DNA of 64,000 nucleotides. It comes from Thermoanaerobaculia bacterium. Its GTDB lineage: Bacteria; Acidobacteriota; Thermoanaerobaculia; Multivoradales; Multivoraceae. Below the pieces are notes generated by a model that did not search any database, was not told the origin of the DNA, and saw only the letters and a list, made by a program, of their open reading frames with translations. Every line of letters begins with the position of its first letter. Within the stretch, counting starts at the first letter, position 1. The translations under genes were made by a program, and so were the position numbers. This document shows, piece by piece, positions 29,570-38,113 of the stretch. The stretch covers positions 4,303,079-4,367,078 of the forward strand of contig OZ220742.1 in assembly GCA_965116955.1 (NCBI GenBank), given 5' to 3'.

Positions 29570-31144
29570 TCAAGGGACCGGCGCGTCCGCCAGGCCGATG
29601 TCCCGCATCATCCGCCAATTGGCCTGTGGCCAGGGCTCGAAGCGCAGCGTGTCGCGCCAAGCCAGCGTCACGAGCGGCCGGTAGGTCGGCACGCCGCCGG
29701 CCACCCGCTCGTGCTTGAGCCGGGCGATCTTGCGGATCAGCGCCTCCTTCTCCTCCGGCTCGACCGTCACGCGCAACGTCTCGACCATCTCGTCCAGCTC
29801 CGGGTCGTCGTGGTACGAGTACCAGCCCCAGCCATCGCCGTACGAGTGGAGGTGGCCACCCCACGGGTCGGTCGGATCGCCGAGGGCGCCGTGGCCCCAC
29901 ATCCAGCTCGCGATGCCGTCCATCTCGGGACGGGCGTCCCGGCGGCCGAGGTTGATCCAGGCGCCGTACTCGAGCTGAACGATCCGGCAGCGGATGCCGG
30001 CGGCTGTCAGGTAGGCGAACATCGCCTCGCCCACTTCCTTGAGGTACGGCTCGCGCGGCGTGGTGAGGTTGTAGCAGTTCACGTTGATGCCGCGGCCGTA
30101 GCCGGCCTGCCGCAGCAGCTCCCGGGAGCGATCCGGATCGAAGACGTACGGCTTCAGCGCGGGATCGTGTCCGGGCGCCCCCGGCGTCACCTGGACCGTC
30201 CGGATGCCCTGCCCGTGGAGGATGTACCGAATGATCGCGTCGAAGTCGATCGCGTGCGCCACGGCCTGTCGCACGCGGACATCTCCCAGCGGACTTCGCG
30301 GGTCGAGAGCGTTCAAGGCGAGGAACAGGTTGTTGCTGGTCGGCAGCGAGGCGACCTTCACGCCGGTCGTGCGCTCGAAGTCGGCGACCTGGGCCGGAGG
30401 CACCGCGTCGATCCAGTCGACCGCGCCGGTCTTGAAGGCGGCGACACGGGTCGTGTCCTCGGGGATGATCTTGATCGTCAGCCGGCGGATGCCCGGCAGC
30501 GAGTCGGGGTCCCAGTAGTCGTCGAACCGTTCGACAACTATCTCCTCGCGCACGCTGCGCGACACGAACTTCCAGGGCCCGGTGCCGATCGGGTGCGCCT
30601 GCACCCCTTCGTTCCCGACCTCTTCGTAGTACCGGCGCGGGATCGCCCAGAGGTCCAGGTTGAGCGGCAGCAGCGCGGAGTCCGGCAGCCCCTTGAAGAC
30701 GATCTCCAGTTCGTGGTCGCCGAGCACACGCACGTCGGCCACGTGCCGCCAGCGCCCGGCCTGGCGCGACAGGCCCGGATCCCGCTGGCGGAGGTAGCTG
30801 TACCGGAGATCGTGCGCCGTCAGTTCGTCGCCGTTGTGGAACCGGACGCCCCGCCGCAACTCGACGCCGATCAGCCACACCCCGTCGCGCTCGAACAGCC
30901 GCCAGGACTCGGCCAGCCAGTTCCGCTGCCTTAGATCCGGCCCCGCCGTCAGCAACTGCTCGTAGAACAGCGCCATGAAGTACTGGTCGACGCCGGCCGA
31001 CGTCCGGGTGGGGTCGATCTGGGTCGGCTCGGCGGCGAACGCGACCACGACGTGGGCGTCCTCGGCGCCGTCGGCGGCCGCGACCGGCAGCGGCAGCAGG
31101 CAGACACTGCACAGGCAGACCGCCGCTACAACCCCACGCCGCAT
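29570..31144 (-). CDS. ABC transporter substrate-binding protein, family 5 (peptide/nickel type)
   Basis: 524 aa, signal peptide, SBP_bac_5 pattern (GTGPWKFV, LAESW, FHNGDELTAHD). Confidence 0.9.
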   Translation of the reverse strand: MRRGVVAAVCLCSVCLLPLPVAAADGAEDAHVVVAFAAEPTQIDPTRTSAGVDQYFMALFYEQLLTAGPDLRQRNWLAESWRLFERDGVWLIGVELRRGVRFHNGDELTAHDLRYSYLRQRDPGLSRQAGRWRHVADVRVLGDHELEIVFKGLPDSALLPLNLDLWAIPRRYYEEVGNEGVQAHPIGTGPWKFVSRSVREEIVVERFDDYWDPDSLPGIRRLTIKIIPEDTTRVAAFKTGAVDWIDAVPPAQVADFERTTGVKVASLPTSNNLFLALNALDPRSPLGDVRVRQAVAHAIDFDAIIRYILHGQGIRTVQVTPGAPGHDPALKPYVFDPDRSRELLRQAGYGRGINVNCYNLTTPREPYLKEVGEAMFAYLTAAGIRCRIVQLEYGAWINLGRRDARPEMDGIASWMWGHGALGDPTDPWGGHLHSYGDGWGWYSYHDDPELDEMVETLRVTVEPEEKEALIRKIARLKHERVAGGVPTYRPLVTLAWRDTLRFEPWPQANWRMMRDIGLADAPVP

Positions 31145-31384
31145 GAAGGGAACCTACCGTAGCGTGCTACTTTCGGGACGGCGCAGCTTCCAAATGCCCC
31201 TTGCGGGCAGCCCTCGCGTCTGCCCGGGGAAGGCGCGCCACTGCCTTGGTAGCCGAGTCGGGTCACCGCGCAGGTGAACGGAGTACGCTCGCAGGCTCCG
31301 AGCCCGGCTTTCGCGACGAGGCAACACACGCACTTCCACAGTCTGTTGACCGGAAACCGACCTCACGGCACGGATTGCTGAGAC

Positions 31385-32233
31385 ATGCTCACCGGCGCCT
31401 GTCTCTGCGGAGATGTCGCATTCGAGGTCGAGGGCGACCTGATGGAGATCGCCCACTGCCACTGCTCCGTGTGCAGGAAGTTCCACGGCTCGGCCTACGC
31501 CAGCTTCGGCGCCGTCGATCCGAAGCTCTTCCGCTGGACCCGCGGGGCTGGGCAGATCGTCCACTACCAGTCGTCAGAGCACGGGTTCCGCCACTTCTGC
31601 CCGCGCTGCGGCGCCGCGGTGCCGGCCAACCCGGAAGGTGGCCCGGTCGCCCTCGTCACCATGGGCAGCGTCGCCGGGGACCCCGGCATCCGGCCCACGC
31701 TGCACATCTTCGCCGGTTCGAAGGCGCCCTGGCACACGATCGCCGATGATCTGCCCCAGTACGAGGAGTACCCGCCCGACTGGGGTGCTCCGCCCGGAGT
31801 CGAGCGGCCGGTCCCGGAGGCCGCCACGCCAGGCGCCACGTCGGGAAGCTGCCTCTGCGGCGTCGTCACCTACGAGTTCGACGGCCCACCGGATCGCATG
31901 GTGAACTGCCACTGCTCCAGGTGCCGACGTCAGACGAGCGCCGCTTACGGCACGTTCGTCTTCGTCGCGGAGGACGCATTCCGGTGGTTGACCGGGAGCG
32001 AGTCGCTCGTGGACTACAAGATGCCGGAAGCGGACATCAAGGGCACCGCCTTCTGCCGGCACTGCGGCAGCCTGGTTCCCCGGCTCCGGGATCCCGGCGG
32101 GATGCAGATTCCGGCCGGTTCGCTGGACGCCGACCCGGGGGTCAAGCCGGCCGTGAACATCTTCGTCGGCTCCAGGGCGCCGTGGAGCGCACTCGACGAG
32201 AGCATCGCCTGCTTCGCCGAGTATCCGAAGTAG
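31385..32233 (+). CDS. GFA (glutathione-dependent formaldehyde-activating / CENP-V) family protein with two tandem GFA domains
   Basis: Two repeats of the Cys pattern: CLCGDVAFEV..CHCSVCRKFHGSAY..FCPRCG and CLCGVVTYEF..CHCSRCRRQTSAAY..FCRHCG. Confidence 0.85.
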   Translation: MLTGACLCGDVAFEVEGDLMEIAHCHCSVCRKFHGSAYASFGAVDPKLFRWTRGAGQIVHYQSSEHGFRHFCPRCGAAVPANPEGGPVALVTMGSVAGDPGIRPTLHIFAGSKAPWHTIADDLPQYEEYPPDWGAPPGVERPVPEAATPGATSGSCLCGVVTYEFDGPPDRMVNCHCSRCRRQTSAAYGTFVFVAEDAFRWLTGSESLVDYKMPEADIKGTAFCRHCGSLVPRLRDPGGMQIPAGSLDADPGVKPAVNIFVGSRAPWSALDESIACFAEYPK

Positions 32234-32238
32234 CCTTC

Positions 32239-33018
32239 TCAGCGCGCGGCGCGGAGGCCCGCCGGCAGGCCGCCGGTCGGGTTCGCGTTCTTGTAGAACC
32301 GCGACTCCAGCACGCGCATCCGGCGCTTGTAGAGGTCCTTCTGGTCGGCGGCCGTCAGGTCGAAGGCGCGGACGAAGAAACGGCACCCCCGCTCGACGCT
32401 CCACTCGTACACCGGACGGGTCTGGCGGAGGAACTGGGCCTGGGTGACCACGCTTCCGGTCTGCACGAGGTCCAGGGGAAGCAGAGCGCGCTCGGCCTCA
32501 TGCTGGGGAGCCCGAGCCAGGTCCACCACGAAACCACTGGCCAGGAGAGCCACATCGAAGAGGTAGGCGACCGTGCCGTCGCGGTCGTACCAGCAGCTCG
32601 GATAGTCCGAGCCGCCACCGACCTGTCGGCTTTCGATCGCCTCCCGGACCTCCGCCGGCGACATGCCCGCGCGCGCGGCCGCGTTCATCGCTTCGGCCAT
32701 CTCCCGCAGCGCGCCCGGGGTCGTCTCGATCTCGCGCACGAGCTCCCGCCAACTGTCGGCGTCCCTGTGTTTATCCACCCGCTCCCGCAGCGCTGCCTTG
32801 AGCGCCACCGGGTCCTCCGGCAGCGCCTCTTCCTCGAACAGGGCGGCGATCTGCTCGAAGCGCACGAGTTCCCGCTCGGCGTCCTGGCGCCTGTCCGACT
32901 CGCGCGCGAGCAGGGCCGCCAGGGCGAGCAGCAGGACGAAGATGATCAGGATGGCGATCTCGGCCATCGTCAGGCCGAGGACGAGGCCGCGCGGGAACGT
33001 CCGGCCACGCTCCGTCAT
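32239..33018 (-). CDS. Cluster gene D: MotB/ExbD-like single-pass membrane protein with coiled coil and Cys-containing C-terminal domain, function unknown
   Basis: 259 aa. The ATG overlaps the gene C stop (ATGA at 33016..33020). The N-terminus GLTMAEIAILIIFVLLLALAALL has an acidic residue at the start of the TM helix, as in MotB/ExbD/TolR. No OmpA-like peptidoglycan-binding motif recognised. Confidence 0.6.
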   Translation of the reverse strand: MTERGRTFPRGLVLGLTMAEIAILIIFVLLLALAALLARESDRRQDAERELVRFEQIAALFEEEALPEDPVALKAALRERVDKHRDADSWRELVREIETTPGALREMAEAMNAAARAGMSPAEVREAIESRQVGGGSDYPSCWYDRDGTVAYLFDVALLASGFVVDLARAPQHEAERALLPLDLVQTGSVVTQAQFLRQTRPVYEWSVERGCRFFVRAFDLTAADQKDLYKRRMRVLESRFYKNANPTGGLPAGLRAAR

Positions 33019-34211
33019 CAGAGACCCCAGCGCTGCAACTCGCGCCGCCGGCCACTCTCCTCCGCGACGGTGTCGAGTCTGTCCGCCATGCGCAGCAGCG
33101 CCCTGTTCATCGCTTCCATCCGCTCCGGCGCGTCGTGCAACTGCCGCCGCGCCGCCGCCAGTTCGCCGGCGACCGCCCGCGTGCCCTCGCTGTACCGGTC
33201 GATGTGCGCCCGCAACGAGACCAGGGCGTCGGTCGCATTGCGGAAGCCGTTTGCCGCGCGTGCGTTCGCCTGGGAGAAGCGGCGGTTCTCGTCGAGGATC
33301 TCCGTCAACCGCGCCACCGCGCCCTGGTTCTGCTCCATGACCCGCAACTGGCTCGCCTCGATGCGCCGCAGACCCTCCGCGACGGACAGGAACTCCCGCG
33401 TCAATCCCCGGAACTGCTCCGACGTCGGCTCGATCAACTCCTCGATGAACTCCCGCCGGAAGTCGACCGAGCGGAAGTTCGCGAGCAGTTGCTGAAGAGA
33501 ATCGCTCACAGCCTGCGACTCGGAGACGAAGCGCTCCCGTTGCGCCTGAATGTCGCGGACCGCCCCGGCTGCGGCTTCATCGACCTCGCCGACCCGCTGC
33601 CGGAGCGCCCCAAACCGGGCAGCGCCGCCCTCCAGGTGTTCGAGCTGCCGTTCCAGCGCGGCGCCCGCGGCCCCCACGCCCCGATCGAGCTGCTCGAAAA
33701 CCCGCTTCGCTTCCGCGCGGAACTGCTGGAACTCGTCGATCGAGTACTCCATCTCGGCCCGCAGGCGGCGGTTCGCCCGGGCCAGGTCTTCACGCGCCCT
33801 CGCTTCCGCCTCCTCCTCGTCCTGCGGCTGGTTCAGGAGGATGCGCCCGGCCAGGCCGAGGATCGTGCTGGTCAGCGCCAGGCCGAAGTTCGTGATGATG
33901 GAGCTGGTCGCCCCCTCGGTGTTGAACTGGTACAGCGAGATGGCCAGCGAGATCAGCGTGTAGAGGAAGCCCAGGTAGTAGAAGTTGTCGCCCGCGAAGT
34001 CGACCTTCGGCCGCAGTTCCGGCCACTCCACGAGCAGGCAGGCGTAGCTGCCCATCAGGACGACCGGCAGCACCACGGCCAGAAGCGGGCTCGCCGTCAA
34101 CGACTTCATCAGCAGGATGAGGAGGCCCCCGCCGACGAAGAAGGTCAGGAACAGCCCGCGGCCGCTCCGCGGCTCGGCATCCGTCGACCGTTGCCGCAGT
34201 ACGACGGGCAT
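33018..34211 (-). CDS. Cluster gene C: MotA/ExbB/TolQ-like 4-TM protein with ~270-aa C-terminal coiled-coil tail, function unknown
   Basis: Start ATG 34211 (MPVVLRQRS) overlaps the gene B stop (ATGA). The last two TM helices are YYLGFLYTLISLAISLYQF and IITNFGLALTSTILGLAGRILL. They resemble the ExbB/MotA channel helices (LGxxGT.. and ALxTTxxGL). A heptad-rich Ala/Arg/Glu tail follows. Confidence 0.6.
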   Translation of the reverse strand: MPVVLRQRSTDAEPRSGRGLFLTFFVGGGLLILLMKSLTASPLLAVVLPVVLMGSYACLLVEWPELRPKVDFAGDNFYYLGFLYTLISLAISLYQFNTEGATSSIITNFGLALTSTILGLAGRILLNQPQDEEEAEARAREDLARANRRLRAEMEYSIDEFQQFRAEAKRVFEQLDRGVGAAGAALERQLEHLEGGAARFGALRQRVGEVDEAAAGAVRDIQAQRERFVSESQAVSDSLQQLLANFRSVDFRREFIEELIEPTSEQFRGLTREFLSVAEGLRRIEASQLRVMEQNQGAVARLTEILDENRRFSQANARAANGFRNATDALVSLRAHIDRYSEGTRAVAGELAAARRQLHDAPERMEAMNRALLRMADRLDTVAEESGRRRELQRWGL

Positions 34212-35080
34212 CAGTTCACGCCGTCGACACGCACGACCCGGTTCAGGGTGCCTCCCTGGTCTTCGATCCACAGCTGCCAGAAGTCGATCAGGCCGCGGGT
34301 GCCGTCCAGACGCTGGTGGGCGGCGCGCTGCACGAACAGGACCTCGACCGCGGTTCCCCGCAGGTCCGTGCCCAGCGCGCCGGCGCCGTTCGTCGCGGCG
34401 AAGGCGTCGTAGTCGACCGCCTGGCGAAAGAAGGAGAGGTTGCGGGTGTTCTGCATCAGGTCGGAGACCAGGATCAGACGTTTCGGAAGGTCCGCGTACT
34501 CGTACCGGCCAAGCACGGATACCGCCACACTCTGCACACTCTCCATGAGCGGCGAGGTCGGCGCCGCGTCCCGGCCGAGCAACTCGGCGAAGAGACGATC
34601 GAGCGGCCGCTCGAAGCGCTCCTCCAGGCGTCGCCGGATGAGCCGGGGGTTCTCCGTCCACTCGCTGGCCTGGTCGGGATCGCCGGGATGGCAGACCGAG
34701 AGCAGCGGGGCCCCGATCTCGTCCCCCACCGGCTTCGCCTCGTAGGCCAGGACCATCTCGTCCTCCCGGCTGCCTGCTATGTACTCGTCGAGGTGCGAAA
34801 GCACGTCGGCGCGGCTGATCGCACCGATCTGGTCCGTCACATCGATCAGGATCGCGGTCAGGGCCGCGGGGCCGGCCTCTGGACAACCCGTCTCGGGGTT
34901 TCGATCCGGCGGCTTCGGGGCGAAGATCGTCAGACGCGCGCCCACGACCAGCAGTACGAGCGCGGCGACCGCGACGCCTCCGCCGATCGCCAGATCCCGC
35001 GGCGAAAGGTCGCCCCGCCGCGAACGGCGGCGCCGCCGTCTACGCGCCGCCGCCATCCGCAGGAACGGGCTCCGCCGCAT
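34211..35080 (-). CDS. Cluster gene B: single-pass membrane protein with vWA-like domain (degenerate MIDAS), function unknown
   Basis: 289 aa (alternative ATG at 35056). Arg-rich N-terminus, TM helix LAIGGGVAVAALVLLVVGA, then a beta-alpha-beta pattern: TAILIDVTDQI .. SPLMESV .. KRLILVSDLMQN, reminiscent of vWA DxSxS..T..D. Confidence 0.55.
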   Translation of the reverse strand: MRRSPFLRMAAARRRRRRRSRRGDLSPRDLAIGGGVAVAALVLLVVGARLTIFAPKPPDRNPETGCPEAGPAALTAILIDVTDQIGAISRADVLSHLDEYIAGSREDEMVLAYEAKPVGDEIGAPLLSVCHPGDPDQASEWTENPRLIRRRLEERFERPLDRLFAELLGRDAAPTSPLMESVQSVAVSVLGRYEYADLPKRLILVSDLMQNTRNLSFFRQAVDYDAFAATNGAGALGTDLRGTAVEVLFVQRAAHQRLDGTRGLIDFWQLWIEDQGGTLNRVVRVDGVN

Positions 35081-36422
35081 CGGACATCGAGCCCTCGAGG
35101 TCCAGCCGCGCCCGGGTCTGTTCCCACTCCCCGTGTACGCGGCCCAGCGCCGACTCGTACTGTTCGTTCAACCCGTCCATATCCACGTCTTCAACGGCAA
35201 CTGGCTCGCGGCGCCGCCGGTGCGGCGCCGCCGGGTCCATCCTCCAGGGCCTGCTGTACGCCTCGGGCACACCGCGGTCGAAACGCACCGAGCGGTTCGC
35301 CTCCCGGTACTCCTCGATCAGCATCGTCCCGAAGCGCTGCAACTGTTCGACATGGGCGTCGAATCCGGCCAGCAGCTTGGTCTCGCTCTCGAGTGCGCGC
35401 CGCCGCTCGACTGGCTGGCTCTTCGCCTGGTGCGCCGTTCGTCCGATCGCGTCCAGACCGTCTTCCCGGATGGTGCGCAACTGCTCCACCACGTCCTGCC
35501 AGAGGTCGTCGTAGTCGGCCCGCGCGTCCTCCATCTTGCGGTGCTTCCGGGAGTAGCCCGGATAGGAATCGCCGAATAGCTTGCGGCCGTCGAAGAAGGC
35601 GACGCCGGAGAAGAAGAAACCGAGCACGAACAGAAGCCACGATTCCGCGTCTTGCAGCCCCAAGGGCGAAGCCTGGAAGCGGCTCAGCGCCTCGGCGCCG
35701 ATGTTCTCGACCAGATCGGCCGAGGCATCCCGGAAGTGCGCGAGCCCCAGGTTCAGCACGAGGGCGGTTCCAAGCCACCCCAGGATTGCCAGCACTCCCA
35801 CGGCCTTCAGGAGCACTTGGATGTGGCTCACGTAGCGGCTGACCGGGCCGAAGAACAGAGCCGGCAGCACGAGGTTCACGACGCTGAAGCCCAACGCCAG
35901 ACCCCATCCGCCAACCAGACCGCCCTCGCTGCCGACCGCCAGAAAGGCGCCGTTCAGCCCGCTCTCGATCACGAACAGCAGGACGATCAGACTCACCAGC
36001 AACAGCGTGGTCCGCTGGCTCACGTAGTCCGGCTCGCGGTCCAGTCCGTTGCGGTGCTTGAAGTCGAAGAAGTCGCGCCGTTTGCGCTCGAACTCGTGCA
36101 GGCTCGCCTTGAGCGCCTGCAGTTCGCTCTGCTCGACTTCCCTGAACTCGGTCGCGGCCTTGCGCGCCGCCGACTCCAGGTCTCCCGCGAGCACCGCCTG
36201 GTCGAGCTGATCGAGGTGACGGTCGACCTGCTCGAGCTGCTCGTCGCGGATCCTCACCGCGTCGTTCTTCTTCGCCTCGATGAACTCTTCGATCTCCGTC
36301 TGGCCGGGGTCGTCCGTCGCGTTCAGCGGCGGCATGCCACGCTCTCCCGCCCGGCGTCCCAGCCGCTCCGGCTCGATCTCCGCCCGCAGATCCTCGATCA
36401 GCAGTTCCGGGAAGACCTTCAT
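35040..36422 (-). CDS. Cluster gene A: membrane protein with N-terminal coiled coil, 4 predicted TM helices and C-terminal helical domain, function unknown
   Basis: 460 aa. Starts 18 nt after the PQQ-ADH stop. TM candidates: TTLLLVSLIVLLFVIESGL, WGLALGFSVVNLVLPALFF, VLLKAVGVLAILGWLGTALVLNLGL, WLLFVLGFFFSGVAFF. No catalytic motif recognised. Confidence 0.6.
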   Translation of the reverse strand: MKVFPELLIEDLRAEIEPERLGRRAGERGMPPLNATDDPGQTEIEEFIEAKKNDAVRIRDEQLEQVDRHLDQLDQAVLAGDLESAARKAATEFREVEQSELQALKASLHEFERKRRDFFDFKHRNGLDREPDYVSQRTTLLLVSLIVLLFVIESGLNGAFLAVGSEGGLVGGWGLALGFSVVNLVLPALFFGPVSRYVSHIQVLLKAVGVLAILGWLGTALVLNLGLAHFRDASADLVENIGAEALSRFQASPLGLQDAESWLLFVLGFFFSGVAFFDGRKLFGDSYPGYSRKHRKMEDARADYDDLWQDVVEQLRTIREDGLDAIGRTAHQAKSQPVERRRALESETKLLAGFDAHVEQLQRFGTMLIEEYREANRSVRFDRGVPEAYSRPWRMDPAAPHRRRREPVAVEDVDMDGLNEQYESALGRVHGEWEQTRARLDLEGSMSDAAEPVPADGGGA

Positions 36423-36440
36423 CGCCGGCTGGAAGGGTCC

Positions 36441-38111
36441 CTACTCCGCGGGCAACGCGAACGTGAACAGCGCCCGGCCGGCGGCGATCGTCACGTGCTG
36501 CTGACCGCCCGCTTCGTAGCTGATCGGCGCCGCGAAGACGTTGCCGCCAAGACGACGGTGCCAGAGTTCCTCGCCCGTCTCGGCGTCGAGGGCGTAGAAG
36601 ATGCCCGCCACGCTGCCGCCGAACACCAGGCCGCCCTTCGTGGCGAGGAGGCCGGACGTGGACCGGGGCTGCACGTGGTACTCCCACTTCCGGTCGCCGG
36701 ACAGCGGATCGATCGCCCGCACCGCGCTGACGTACTGGTCGCCGGGTCCGGCCGGCTTGCCGTAGCCGCCGACGAAGAGTTCACCCTCTTCGTACTCGGC
36801 CTCGGCCATGTAGTAGAGCATCTCGGCGTCGTAGGCCTGGATGTAGAAGAGGCCGGTGTCGGGGCTGTAGGTCGGCGAGAACCAGTTCGCGGCGCCGCCG
36901 ATCGTCGGCGCGACGAGGGTGCCCTCCTCGCTGGGGAACATGTTCGGCACCCGGATCGGGCGGCCGGTGTCCTGGTCGATCCCCTCGGCCCAGGTTTGCC
37001 GTGCGAACTCGCGCGCGAACAGGAACTCTCCGGTCTCGCGGTCCAGCAGATAGAAGAAGGCGTTCCGGTTGGCGAAGGCCATCAGCTTGCGCTTCTCGCC
37101 CTGGTACTCGGCGTCGAACAGAATCGGAACCTGGCAGGCGTCCCAGTCGTGGACGTCGTGGGGCGTGAACTGGAAGGCCCAGACGATCTCGCCCGTGTCC
37201 GGACGGATCGCCAGCACGGAGTCCGAGTGCAGGTTGTCGCCCTCGCGGACCTCGCCGTTCCAGTCCGGCCCCGGATTGCCCGTGCCCCAGTAAAGGAGAT
37301 CGAGCTCGGGGTCGTAGGAGCCCGTCATCCAGGTCGGCGCACCGCCCGTCTTCCAGGAATCGCCCTCCCAGGTCTCGTTCCCGGGTTCGCCCGGTCCCGG
37401 GATCGTGTAGGTACGCCAGCGGAGTTCGCCGGTGTCCGCGTCGTAGGCATCGAGGAAGCCCCGGATGCCGTACTCGCCGCCGCCGATCCCGGTGATCACG
37501 AGATCACGGACGATCATCGGTGCCGCCGTGATCGACTGCCCCTTGCGCGGCTCGCCCACCTCCGTGTCCCAGATCACGGCGCCGGTCTTGGCGTCCAGGG
37601 AGATCAGGTGCGCGTCGATCGTGCCCATGTAGAGCCGGTCGCCGCGAACGGCAACGCCCCGGTTCTGCTTGCCGCAGCAGAGGGCGAGCTGATCCGGCAG
37701 CTCGTGAGCGTAGGACCAGTACTGCTGGCCGGTGCGGGCATCCAGCGCGATGACGACGTTGTCCGGCGTCGTCGCGTACATCACTTCGTCGATCACCAGC
37801 GGCGTCGTTTCCACGCGCCCGAGTGTGGGAAGCTGACGAACCCAGCGAAGCTCCAGGTCCGCCGCGTTCGAACCGTCGATCTCGTCGAGGCGGCTGAAAC
37901 GCTGGCTGCTGTACTCACCCGAGTACATGAGCCAGTTGCCCGGGTCGTCCGACGCCGCCTTCAACTGTTCGTAGGAAACCCCGCGCTGAGCGGACGCGCC
38001 CGTGGCCGCGAACAGGAACGCCAGGAAAGCGACCGCGCCGACCGGCCTCTTCAGAGCCGGCGCTGCGCGCCGGATGCCGGCGGGGATGCCGGCGCACCCA
38101 GTGTTTGTCAT
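36441..38111 (-). CDS. PQQ-dependent dehydrogenase, methanol/ethanol (quinoprotein alcohol dehydrogenase) family
   Basis: Start ATG 38111, 2 nt after the cytochrome stop; an alternative CTG at 38054 gives MKRPVGAVAFLAFLFAATGASA. Motifs: NWLMYSGEYSSQRFS, vicinal Cys LALCCGKQNRGVA, W-repeat propeller, HDVHDWD. Confidence 0.9.
   Translation of the reverse strand: MTNTGCAGIPAGIRRAAPALKRPVGAVAFLAFLFAATGASAQRGVSYEQLKAASDDPGNWLMYSGEYSSQRFSRLDEIDGSNAADLELRWVRQLPTLGRVETTPLVIDEVMYATTPDNVVIALDARTGQQYWSYAHELPDQLALCCGKQNRGVAVRGDRLYMGTIDAHLISLDAKTGAVIWDTEVGEPRKGQSITAAPMIVRDLVITGIGGGEYGIRGFLDAYDADTGELRWRTYTIPGPGEPGNETWEGDSWKTGGAPTWMTGSYDPELDLLYWGTGNPGPDWNGEVREGDNLHSDSVLAIRPDTGEIVWAFQFTPHDVHDWDACQVPILFDAEYQGEKRKLMAFANRNAFFYLLDRETGEFLFAREFARQTWAEGIDQDTGRPIRVPNMFPSEEGTLVAPTIGGAANWFSPTYSPDTGLFYIQAYDAEMLYYMAEAEYEEGELFVGGYGKPAGPGDQYVSAVRAIDPLSGDRKWEYHVQPRSTSGLLATKGGLVFGGSVAGIFYALDAETGEELWHRRLGGNVFAAPISYEAGGQQHVTIAAGRALFTFALPAE
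38071..38103 (+). repeat. 33-nt GC-rich hairpin-forming repeat, copy 1
   Basis: cggatgccggcggggatgccggcgcacccagtg. It matches 43035..43070 apart from one substitution, a 3-nt indel and the terminal base. It contains GCCGGC-N6-GCCGGC. Confidence 0.7.
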
Positions 38112-38113
38112 CG

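Noticed and set aside
33018-34886. 622-aa version of cluster gene C with a 225-aa N-terminal extension.
   Set aside because: The extension is Arg/Pro/Gly-rich and overlaps gene B out of frame. ATG 34211 forms an ATGA junction with the gene B stop and is followed immediately by TM helices.
32239-36422. Calling the four-gene cluster a canonical Zorya defence system.
   Set aside because: Only the ZorA/ZorB-like architecture is suggested by eye. I see no ZorC/ZorD helicase-nuclease, ZorE HNH or other effector. Gene D lacks an evident peptidoglycan-binding domain. The locus is contiguous with a PQQ-ADH operon rather than a defence island. It is therefore kept as an unknown.
36441-38111. Lanthanide-dependent (XoxF/PedH-type) status of the PQQ alcohol dehydrogenase.
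   Set aside because: The diagnostic extra Asp two residues after the catalytic Asp (D-Y-D) is not evident. The local sequence is HDWDACQ, giving Cys rather than Asp at the +2 position. The alignment was done by eye only, so this is tentative.
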